Assembly: GCA_005879205.1 (NCBI GenBank)
Contig: VBLD01000111.1
Span: forward strand, 1-38,751
Reading direction: 5' to 3'
From: Deltaproteobacteria bacterium
GTDB lineage: Bacteria > Desulfobacterota > Binatia > DP-6
DNA length: 38,751 nt
Part shown: piece by piece, positions 9,906 to 18,004 of the stretch
Position numbering within the stretch: the stretch's first letter is position 1
How the letters are laid out: each line of letters starts with the position of its first letter
Notes under the pieces: generated by a model
Databases searched by the model: none
What the model was told of the DNA's origin: nothing
Seen by the model: only the letters and a program-made list of their open reading frames with translations
Position numbers and translations under genes: made by a program

Positions 9906-11149
9906 TAGACGTGCGAGGCGTCGAAGGACTCGCCCACCGTCCGGACCCGCAGGCGGCGGCGGAAGCGGGCGAGACTGCGGGCGGCGAGCGCACCCAGGCG
10001 GAAGCGCGTGAGCCGCTGGACGGCCACCGCCAGCCGCGCCCCGTCGCCGGCGAAGTGACGGGCCTCGAGCGGAGTGATGCCGAGCGACAGGTCGCGCATC
10101 CATCCCATGTTGATGCGGCGCTCCTTCACGGCGCGGTAGAGGCGGGCGAGGACCGGCGCCACCTCCGCCCCGTCGAGCGACGCGCGCGGCCCGACCGCCT
10201 CGGGCGTGCGGAACACGGACACGACGGGGACGACGGCCATGGCGGCGAGCGCGTCGATGCCGCGCATGGTCGACTGCGGCGGCTCGAGGCCGACCACCAG
10301 ATCGGTCCACACGGTGCCGCTCGGAAACACCTCGGCCGCACGGGCGAGCGCCTCGAGGTACCGCTCCCGCCCGATGTAGCGTGCGCGCCCGACGCAGTGC
10401 CGTTTGAGGGCGTCCTCGTCGAACATCTCGAGGTTGTAGCTGAGCGCATCGACGCCCATGGCGTAGGTCCGGTCGATCCACCGGTTGTCGCGCGGTGGGT
10501 GGACCTGGGTGGCGATCAGCGTGTCGAAGTGGCGTCGGACGGCCTCGACGTAGGGCGCGAGAAAGCCCATGCCGCCGTCCTCGGCGTCGAAGAACCCGCT
10601 GTTGAAGTAGACGAACTCGGCCGCGCCCTCGTCGAAGGCGGCACGGACCACCTCGAGGACCTCCTCGACCGGTGCCGCGGCATCGCGCTCCGCCGTCGCC
10701 GGCGCACCTTCGACGCAGAAGCGGCACGGCGTCCCGCGCAGGCTGAAACCGCAGGCGCCGGCGGGGTTGATCAGGAGGTGGCTCCCATGTACGGCCGCGA
10801 CGCGCCACATCGGCGTGCCACGCGTCGTGTGCCGCTCGTAGAAGCGCGGCTGCGGGACGGCCCGGACCTCGACGCGGAGGGTCTCGACCCCGTCGGGGTC
10901 GCGGCGCACGAGGACGACGCGGTCGCCGTCCACGAGCAGGCGGAAGGGCGAGCCGGCCGTCGCGCGCTCCTCGACCGGCGCGCTCACCCACACCCCCTGC
11001 GGCAGCACGAGATCGAGCGAGCGCGCCACGGCGTCGGCCCCCGTGCTCGACCGGAAAGGAGCCGAGTGGATGCGCACCGAGGGATCGAGGACGAGGCCCC
11101 GCTCGGCGAGCTCGAGCTTCAGATAGGCGGGGTGGGTTGCGGGTCTCAC
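9905..11149 (-). CDS. Radical-SAM-like TIM-barrel protein with atypical Cys motif and a unique N-terminal domain
   Basis: 414 aa. The cysteine triad is CGFSLRGTPCRFC (C-x8-C-x2-C), not the canonical C-x3-C-x2-C. Downstream segments resemble the radical SAM barrel (GVDALSYNLEMFDEDALKRHC..., TDLVVGLEPPQS). The first ~110 aa are a beta-rich domain I do not recognise. The GTG start overlaps the upstream stop (GTGA). Confidence 0.7.
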   Translation of the reverse strand: MRPATHPAYLKLELAERGLVLDPSVRIHSAPFRSSTGADAVARSLDLVLPQGVWVSAPVEERATAGSPFRLLVDGDRVVLVRRDPDGVETLRVEVRAVPQPRFYERHTTRGTPMWRVAAVHGSHLLINPAGACGFSLRGTPCRFCVEGAPATAERDAAAPVEEVLEVVRAAFDEGAAEFVYFNSGFFDAEDGGMGFLAPYVEAVRRHFDTLIATQVHPPRDNRWIDRTYAMGVDALSYNLEMFDEDALKRHCVGRARYIGRERYLEALARAAEVFPSGTVWTDLVVGLEPPQSTMRGIDALAAMAVVPVVSVFRTPEAVGPRASLDGAEVAPVLARLYRAVKERRINMGWMRDLSLGITPLEARHFAGDGARLAVAVQRLTRFRLGALAARSLARFRRRLRVRTVGESFDASHV

Positions 11150-11796
11150 GCCGTGCCCCCGCAGAGCTCACACCCCGCGCCCTGCGGAACCGGGAGGGCG
11201 ACGCACGCGCCGGTGGCGACGTCGAGATGCCTGGCGCGGCCGGCGTTCGGTGCGCCGAGGAGCAGACCGAGCGTTTCGGCGGCGGCGAGCGCGCCGACGG
11301 CGAGAGCGAGCGAGGCGGCGAGGGCGGGCGTGGCCGGTGCGGCGTCGCCGGTGGCGAGCGTCGCGGCGGGGCAGCAGGCGCCGCACGGCCGCCGCACGGC
11401 GCTCGCGACCACGCCGCGTGCGCCGCGCCACACGCCGACCACGAACGGCCGGCCGGTCGCGCCCGCGTGCCGGCCGAGGGTGACCGCCGACGCCGGCCTG
11501 CCGGTGAGGTCGACGATGACCGCGGCGTCGGGCGGCGGCGCGCCCTCGGCGTGGCGGGTCAGGCGGCAATCGGGGGACAGTTCGGGGAGGGTCGCCGGAC
11601 CGCAGAGGAGATCGAGGGCGCCGACGCCGGCGCGTCCGATCAGGGTCGCGGCCGATCGCGCCGCCTCGCCGTCGCCGGCCACCACGACGCGGGCGGCGAG
11701 CAGCCGCTGCTGGCCGCGACCGCCCACCTCGGGAAGGATGATCTGGCGGCTGTAGCGGTCGATCCGTGCGTCCGTGAGCACGCCGGTGGAGATCAT
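11146..11796 (-). CDS. Degenerate ThiF/MoeB-family (E1-like) paralog, probably non-catalytic
   Basis: 216 aa. ThiF-type N-terminus RIDRYSRQIILPEVGGRGQQRL. The nucleotide loop is VVVAGDGEAA instead of GxGxxG, and the D-x-D...NLxRQ segment is absent. Both CxxC pairs are kept (CGAC, CELC). The ATG at 11796 overlaps the NIL gene stop (ATGA). Confidence 0.75.
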   Translation of the reverse strand: MISTGVLTDARIDRYSRQIILPEVGGRGQQRLLAARVVVAGDGEAARSAATLIGRAGVGALDLLCGPATLPELSPDCRLTRHAEGAPPPDAAVIVDLTGRPASAVTLGRHAGATGRPFVVGVWRGARGVVASAVRRPCGACCPAATLATGDAAPATPALAASLALAVGALAAAETLGLLLGAPNAGRARHLDVATGACVALPVPQGAGCELCGGTA

Positions 11797-12065
11797 TCGA
11801 TCACGTTCTTCTCGATCGGCTCGACGGTGATGCCCTGCTCGCGAAACCATGCGACGGCGGCGTCGATCGCCTCGCGCGTGCCGTCGAGCTCGAGCGCGAT
11901 GATCCCGATGTCCTCGCCGACGCTCGCGCTGCGGATGTTCGTCACCACGTCGAACTTGCGACTGCACCAGTAGATGAGCGGCTCGCGAACGAGGCGCTTG
12001 GGATAGGTGAGGTAGAACTTGTCGCGGATCTTCCCGCCCTTGGCCGACGCCGTGCCGCGCTTCAT
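11793..12065 (-). CDS. Stand-alone NIL domain protein
   Basis: MKRGTASAKGGKIRDKFYLTYPKRLVREPLIYWCSRKFDVVTNIRSASVGEDIGIIALELDGTREAIDAAVAWFREQGITVEPI matches the NIL fold seen at the MetN C-terminus and in NIL-ferredoxins. The ATG at 12065 forms an ATGA overlap with the stop of the alternative-frame cysM tail. The track's upstream ATG at 12098 is possible. Confidence 0.75.
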   Translation of the reverse strand: MKRGTASAKGGKIRDKFYLTYPKRLVREPLIYWCSRKFDVVTNIRSASVGEDIGIIALELDGTREAIDAAVAWFREQGITVEPIEKNVIE

Positions 12066-12987
12066 CCGGGCTCCTCGATAGCGCGCCAGCCGAGCCATAG
12101 GTTGGTCGAGAGGGTGCCACCTGGAGCCCGGCCACGTGCGCCGCCCCGCACGACTGGCCGACGAGCAAGCCCTCCTCCCGGCCGAGGCGGTAGACCATGG
12201 CGTAGGCGTCCTCGGTGGAGATACCGAGCTTCAGGTCGAGCTCCTGCTCGTGGTAGATGCCGGGAACGATCGAGGACGCCATGTGCTTGAGCCCCTCGAG
12301 CCCGTGGAAGGCGTCCTCCGGCTCGGCGGCGATCACCTGCACGGCGGGGTTCTGCCCCTTGAGGTAGCGTCCCGTCCCCATGATCGTGCCACCCGTCCCG
12401 ATGCCGGCGATGAAGTGGGTCACGGTGCCGCCCGTCTGCCGCCATATCTCCGGGCCGGTCGTCTCGTAGTGGGCCTGGGAGTTGGCCGGATTGTTGTACT
12501 GGTCCGGCTTGAAGTAGCGCTCGGGATCCTCGGCGAGAAGCTTGCGGCAGAGGCGGATCGCGCCGTCGGAACCCTCGAGCGGGTCGCTGTAGACGACCTC
12601 CGCGCCGAAGGCCGCCACCACCCGCTTGCGCTCGAGACTGACGTTGCCGGGCATCACGAGCTTCACCGGGTAGCCGAGCGCGGCGCCCACCATGGCGAGC
12701 GCGATGCCGGTGTTGCCCGAGGTGGAATCGAGGATCGTCTTGCCCGGGACGAGCCGGCCGCCGGCCAGGCCGTCGTCGATCATCTTGAGCGCCGGGCGGT
12801 CCTTCACCGAGCCGCCCGGGTTGAAGCCCTCGAGCTTGGCCCACATCCGCACCCCGGCGGCGACGCCGTCCCGCACGTGGCGGATCTCCAGGAGCGGGGT
12901 GTTGCCGACCAGGCTCGCGACGGAGAGGGCGGCGAGCGGCCCCTCCGTCGGAGCCGTCGGCCGGGCCAGGGCGGCGACGGACGTCAT
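12062..12987 (-). CDS. cysM: CysM-like PLP-dependent cysteine synthase (fold type II), with a frame break near the 3' end
   Basis: Start MTSVAALARP at 12987. PLP-Lys motif GGSVKDRPAL, TSGNTG, GIGTGGT, LLVGQSCGAAHVAGLQVA. After about residue 290 the frame has no stop until 11146 and becomes Arg-rich junk across the NIL gene. The expected C-terminal LST motif (GGTLSTNLWLGW...EEPG*) lies in another frame and ends at 12062-12064. Gene callers may instead report a 613-aa ORF 11146..12987. Confidence 0.65.
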
Positions 12988-12998
12988 GTCGCGCGCCG

Positions 12999-13274
12999 CT
13001 AGGCGCCTCCGGCGATCGCCGGCACGATCGACACCTCGTCGCCCGCTTTGATCGGCGTGTCGAGCTGCTTCAGAAAGCGGATGTCCTCGCCGTTCACGAA
13101 GAGGTTCACGAAGCGTCGCACTTCGCCCTTCTCGTCGCATATCCGCTCCCGGATGCCGGGGTAGCGCCGGTCGAGGTCGCTCACCAGCGCGGCGACGGTT
13201 CCGCCCTCCGCCTCGACCGCCTCGGCGCCCGCGGTGTACTTCCGCAGCGGCGTCGGGATCCTCACCTGAGCCAT
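12999..13274 (-). CDS. ThiS/MoaD-family sulfur carrier protein ending in GG-Ala
   Basis: 91 aa with beta-grasp carrier features (VRIPTPLRKYTAG...VNLFVNGEDIR...GDEVSIVPAIAGGA). The C-terminus is Gly-Gly followed by one extra Ala. AGGAGG lies 7-12 nt upstream of the ATG. Confidence 0.9.
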   Translation of the reverse strand: MAQVRIPTPLRKYTAGAEAVEAEGGTVAALVSDLDRRYPGIRERICDEKGEVRRFVNLFVNGEDIRFLKQLDTPIKAGDEVSIVPAIAGGA

Positions 13275-13316
13275 GATGACGGTTCCTCCTTTCGGTTGCC
13301 AGACGGACGAAGGCCG

Positions 13317-14566
<1,250 letters not shown>

Positions 14567-14570
<4 letters not shown>

Positions 14571-15307
14571 GGGACGTCACTCCTTCCGGCATTGGCGGAT
14601 TCGTGCTCGGCGATGGCCGTGCACGCGGTGCAGCGGGGGTTCGGGGCGAGCGGTACGGTCCGCCAGCTCCCCGTCCAGGCGTCGATCCGGAGCAGGCGGT
14701 TCGTCCAGGCCGGCGTCGTGCCGACAAGGAGCCGGACGGCTTCGGCCGCCTGGAACGCGCCGGCGAGGGCGACCACGGGTCCGAGGACGCCCGCCTCCTG
14801 GCAGCTCGGCGTCTCCTCGGGTGGCGGCGGCTCCTCGAAGACGCAGCGATAGCAGGCGCTCGCTCCCGGGACGACGGTCATGAGCTGCGCCACGAAGCCG
14901 AGGACCCCGGCGTGCACGAGCGGCACCCGAGCCGCCAGCGCCGCATCGTTGAGGACGAACTTGGCGGCGACCGTGTCGGTGCCGTCGACGAGGCAGTCGA
15001 AGCCGCGGAGGAGGGCCACGTGGCCCGGGCCGAACCGCTCGCACCAGGTCTCGACGCGGAGCCCGGGCGCGAGCCGTCGGAGCCGCTCGGCTGCGACCGC
15101 GACCTTCGGCCGGCCGACATCGGCGGACTCGTAGAGCAGCTGCCGATGGAGATTGGAGATCTCGATCGGGTCGGGATCGACGAGCCCGAGCGTTCCGATG
15201 CCCGCCTGGGCGAGCGCGAGAGCCGCGGGCGACCCGAGCCCACCGACGCCGACCACGAGGACGCGGCGGGTGGCGAGGGCAGGTTCGCAGGCATGGCGCA
15301 CGAGCAT
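14567..15307 (-). CDS. MoeB/ThiF-family adenylyltransferase (E1-like), canonical
   Basis: 246 aa. VLVVGVGGLGSPAALALAQAGIGTLGLVDPDPIEISNLHRQ, CYRC and CTAC zinc pairs. No rhodanese domain. First gene after the riboswitch. Confidence 0.9.
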
Positions 15308-15310
15308 GGC

Positions 15311-15340
15311 AACAAAAAACCCCTTCCCAGAGGAAAGGGG
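15311..15340 (-). terminator. Intrinsic terminator / expression platform of the SAM riboswitch
   Basis: The minus-strand RNA reads CCCCUUUCC-UCUG-GGAAGGGG followed by UUUUUUGUU. It ends 3 nt before the ATG of the E1 gene, so the stem may also occlude any ribosome-binding purines (GGAAGGGG). Confidence 0.7.
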
Positions 15341-15356
15341 TTCACCAGCGTGCGAA

Positions 15357-15467
15357 CCTTATCTTCCGCAGGCTCTTGCGAGCGCCGCGTCGGAATTAGC
15401 ACCAGCGTCCCTCGGGACCGGTTGCTGTGGCTTCGCCGGGCCGGGCCCTCCGCCACTCTGGATAAGG
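15357..15467 (-). promoter_or_regulatory. SAM-I (S-box) riboswitch aptamer
   Basis: Minus-strand RNA: CCUUAUCCAGAGUGGCGGAGGGCCCGGCCCGGCGAAGCCACAGCAACCGGUCCCGAGGGACGCUGGUGCUAAUUCCGACGCGGCGCUCGCAAGAGCCUGCGGAAGAUAAGG. It contains the conserved S-box blocks CUUAUC.AGAG, GGAGGG, GCAACC, GGUGCUAAUUCC and AGAUAAG. P1 (CCUUAUC/GAUAAGG), P2 (UGGC/GCCA), P3, and P4 closed by a GCAA tetraloop can all be drawn. Confidence 0.9.
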
Positions 15468-15495
15468 CTATGTTTTTTCGTCTCTCCCGGGCCGG

Positions 15496-15524
15496 AACTA
15501 ACCCGAAAGGTTCGATTGTGTCAA
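15496..15524 (-). promoter_or_regulatory. Candidate sigma-70 promoter for the riboswitch operon
   Basis: On the minus strand: TTGACA (perfect -35), a 17-nt spacer, then TTAGTT (weak -10), about 30 nt upstream of riboswitch P1. Confidence 0.35.
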
Positions 15525-15682
15525 TGCGCGCGGCGCGGCGGGGCACATCGGCTGGCGACCCGCCGCGGCGGCACGGTCCCGACGCGCGCGCTCACGCTCG
15601 GCAAGGTTTGCCGCGCCGGCTTCGCCGGCCGCGGCACGCCGTCGGTCGTTGTCCACCAGGTGGCATGCTCGCTGTCGGGCGA

Positions 15683-16552
15683 CTAGTAGGGGGAGGGGGT
15701 GGCCGGGCCGTTGTCGGGATATGCGGACACCGCGCGCGGGAGCTGCTGGCGGTCGGCCCTGCCCTGAAGCTCGTCGAGTCGCTGCACGAGTCGCGGGAGC
15801 GGGTCGTCGCCGTCGAGGGCAGCGACCTCCGTGCCGAGCCGGCGCCGGGCCTCGGCAGCCAGTGGACCCTCCGGGTGGTGATGGGCCAGGGTGGCGAGCG
15901 CGAGGGTGGCGTCCTCGGGCTCCTGGCTTCTGGCGTAGGTCTCCGCGAACACGTACAGCGCCTGCGCGGTGGCATCCGTGTCGGGGTAGTCGGACAGCAG
16001 GCTGCGCAGGCGTGCCTCGGCGGCCTTCATGTTGCGGTGCCTCAGGTAGTACTGCGCGATGCCCGACTCGTGCATCGCCATCGCCTCGCGGCACTCGCGA
16101 ATCCGCAGGCGTGCCTTCTCCGCCCACGGGCTCGACGGGAAGCGGTCGACGAGGTTCTGGAAGTAGGTATTCGCATTGGCCGCTGCCTGCTGGTCGCGGT
16201 CGCTGGTGCTCGCCTGCGCCAGATAGGCCATGCCGAGGTGATACTCGACGACCGGCAGGTTCGAGCTGGTCGGGTGCATGCGCTCGAAGTCACCGAAGGA
16301 GGCGATCGCCTCGGCGTAGTGCGCGGCGAAGTAGTGCGCCTGCCCGATCTTCAGCTCCGCCTCCTCGGCGTTGGCGTCGAACGGGTGCTGGTCGAGGAGC
16401 GCCTTGTAGCGCTCGATGGCGACTTCCCAGGCCTCGTCGTGGTACGCCGAGTTGCCTTCGCTCCAGAGCTTGTCGGAGGGGATCAGCCGCTTCTTGCCCG
16501 CGCAGCCGACCGCCAGGATCCCGATGGCCAGCATGGCCAGGACACGGCGCAC
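15683..16552 (-). CDS. bamD: Outer membrane protein assembly factor BamD (TPR lipoprotein)
   Basis: Lipobox ILAVGCAG after a basic n-region (VRRVLAMLAIG). TPR-like repeats with the BamD pattern (YHDEAWEVAIERYKALLDQHPF..., AEKARLRIRECREAMAMHESGIAQYYLRHRNMKAA). Start is GTG 16552 or ATG 16534. The upstream part of the 451-aa track ORF is junk. Confidence 0.85.
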   Translation of the reverse strand: MRRVLAMLAIGILAVGCAGKKRLIPSDKLWSEGNSAYHDEAWEVAIERYKALLDQHPFDANAEEAELKIGQAHYFAAHYAEAIASFGDFERMHPTSSNLPVVEYHLGMAYLAQASTSDRDQQAAANANTYFQNLVDRFPSSPWAEKARLRIRECREAMAMHESGIAQYYLRHRNMKAAEARLRSLLSDYPDTDATAQALYVFAETYARSQEPEDATLALATLAHHHPEGPLAAEARRRLGTEVAALDGDDPLPRLVQRLDELQGRADRQQLPRAVSAYPDNGPATPSPY

Positions 16553-16564
16553 CAACACGCGGGG

Positions 16565-16593
16565 ACGGTAGTGGAAGCCGTATTTGCAGTCAA
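16565..16593 (-). promoter_or_regulatory. Candidate promoter upstream of bamD
   Basis: On the minus strand: TTGACT, a 17-nt spacer, TACCGT, located between the CPBP stop and the bamD start. Confidence 0.3.
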
Positions 16594-16605
16594 ACCGCGA
16601 CGCGA

Positions 16606-17172
16606 TCAGGAACGCGTGTCCGGCCGGACGGAACGCCGGCGGAGGTACGCGAGCGCCAGCAGGTTGTACGTGCCGTGCGCCGCGATGGGGGCGACGAGAC
16701 CGCCGCTCGCGATGGCGAGCGCTCCGAGTCCCGCCCCGACGACCGTCGCCCACACGATGTAGGCCGCGCCGAGCGGATGGAGCAACCCGAAGAGCACGCT
16801 CGCCGCGGCCACGCCGAACTCGCGCTGGACCGCGCCGCGGAAGAACGCTTCCTCCGATACCGCCGAGCCGAGCGCGAGCACGAGGATCTCGACGACGCCG
16901 AGGCCGGGTCCGATGCCCGACTCGAGGGAGTCCCAGGCCCGTCTGAGACCCCGCAGGAGAAAGAGCCGCCGCGCCCAGGGCGCGGTGACGAGCGGCAACG
17001 TCGCCGCGAGCGCGACCCCCGCGCCGACGCCGGCGCACACGGTTCCGACGGACGGCTCGGCCGCGGACGCGAGGCCGAGCACGCGGACGCTGCTCCAGGC
17101 TGCGGCGGCGGCAACCAGCAGCGCGCTTGCCGCGAGCTCCACGCGAAGAGGGGTCCAGTGTATGTGCGCCAT
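16606..17172 (-). CDS. CPBP-family intramembrane glutamic endopeptidase (CAAX protease-like)
   Basis: Start MAHIHWTPL at 17172. Motifs SEEAFFRG (EExxxR), FGLLH and HGTYN in a polytopic membrane protein. Confidence 0.85.
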   Translation of the reverse strand: MAHIHWTPLRVELAASALLVAAAAAWSSVRVLGLASAAEPSVGTVCAGVGAGVALAATLPLVTAPWARRLFLLRGLRRAWDSLESGIGPGLGVVEILVLALGSAVSEEAFFRGAVQREFGVAAASVLFGLLHPLGAAYIVWATVVGAGLGALAIASGGLVAPIAAHGTYNLLALAYLRRRSVRPDTRS

Positions 17173-17227
17173 GCTTGACCGGTCCTGGGGGCGAGTATAA
17201 CGCAGCGGCGACCGCAAGGCAGGTACC

Positions 17228-18004
17228 TTGAGCGAACTCTTTCGCATGTGGAGCAACACGCGGATGGTGGTCCTTACGGCCATCTGTGCGGCCCTCTATG
17301 CGGCCATCCTCATTCCCTTCAAGGTCGTGCCCCTGATCCCCGGAATCACCGAGTTCAGGCCCGCCAACGCGATTCCGGTCGTATGCTCGTTCCTCTTCGG
17401 TCCGGCCGCTGCCTGGGGATCGGCGCTGGGGAACCTGATCGGCGACTTCTTCGGCGGTCTCGGGCCGGGAGACCTCTTCGGCTTCCTGGCGAACCTGCTC
17501 TATGGCCTCGTCCCCTATGCGGTCTGGGAAGCCGTGACCGACGCGCCGCCCGTGCCGGAGGGCCCCCTCGCCTCGCTCGGCCTGCTACTCGTCATGGGGG
17601 TGGCCGCCATGCTCTGTGCCACGGTGGTGGGCTGGGGGCTGCACCTCCTCGGGTTCCACCCGTTCACGGTCCTCGGCACCGTCGTGCTGATGAACAACCT
17701 CGTGGTGGCCGTCGTGCTCGCCCCCTTCCTGCTCGCGGTGCTCTACCCCCGGGTGCGGCGCGCGCGGCTCCTCTACCGGGACCTCCTCGGCCCCCGCCGC
17801 CCGCTCCCGCGCTGGCGGGCCGCGCTCGGCGCCACGCTCGTCCTGGTCGGAACGTGCACGGCGTTCGCGGCCGGGGAGCTGATCGCGGGCGGGCGCTGGG
17901 TGGCGCCGTGGGCAGCGTATGAGACGGCGAGCCGGCGCCTCGAGGTCGGCCTCGGGCTCCTGCCCCTCCTGGGCCTTGCCATCGTCGGCCTGGCGCTCCT
18001 GTGA
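17228..18004 (+). CDS. ECF transporter S component, QueT-like, with extra C-terminal TM segments
   Basis: FRPANAIPVVCSFLFGPAAAWGSALGNLIGDFFGG resembles the QueT family core. Followed directly by EcfA and EcfT genes. TTG start at 17228; ATG at 17246 is an alternative. Confidence 0.7.
   Translation: MSELFRMWSNTRMVVLTAICAALYAAILIPFKVVPLIPGITEFRPANAIPVVCSFLFGPAAAWGSALGNLIGDFFGGLGPGDLFGFLANLLYGLVPYAVWEAVTDAPPVPEGPLASLGLLLVMGVAAMLCATVVGWGLHLLGFHPFTVLGTVVLMNNLVVAVVLAPFLLAVLYPRVRRARLLYRDLLGPRRPLPRWRAALGATLVLVGTCTAFAAGELIAGGRWVAPWAAYETASRRLEVGLGLLPLLGLAIVGLALL

Noticed and set aside
8448-11171. The 907-aa track ORF suggests one giant protein. Likewise, 11146..14181 suggests a 1011-aa protein.
   Set aside because: Only the C-terminal 485 codons (the DASS permease) of the first ORF are protein-like. 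The second concatenates out-of-frame junk, the cysM-like gene, junk across the NIL gene and the ThiF paralog. The real genes are defined by internal starts with ATGA/GTGA coupling.
17173-17227. Looked for a preQ1 riboswitch upstream of the QueT-like ECF S-component. Also noted TTGACC-N15-TATAAC.
   Set aside because: The 55-nt intergenic region is too short and shows none of the preQ1 aptamer features. The promoter-like hexamers have a suboptimal 15-nt spacer, so I did not call them.
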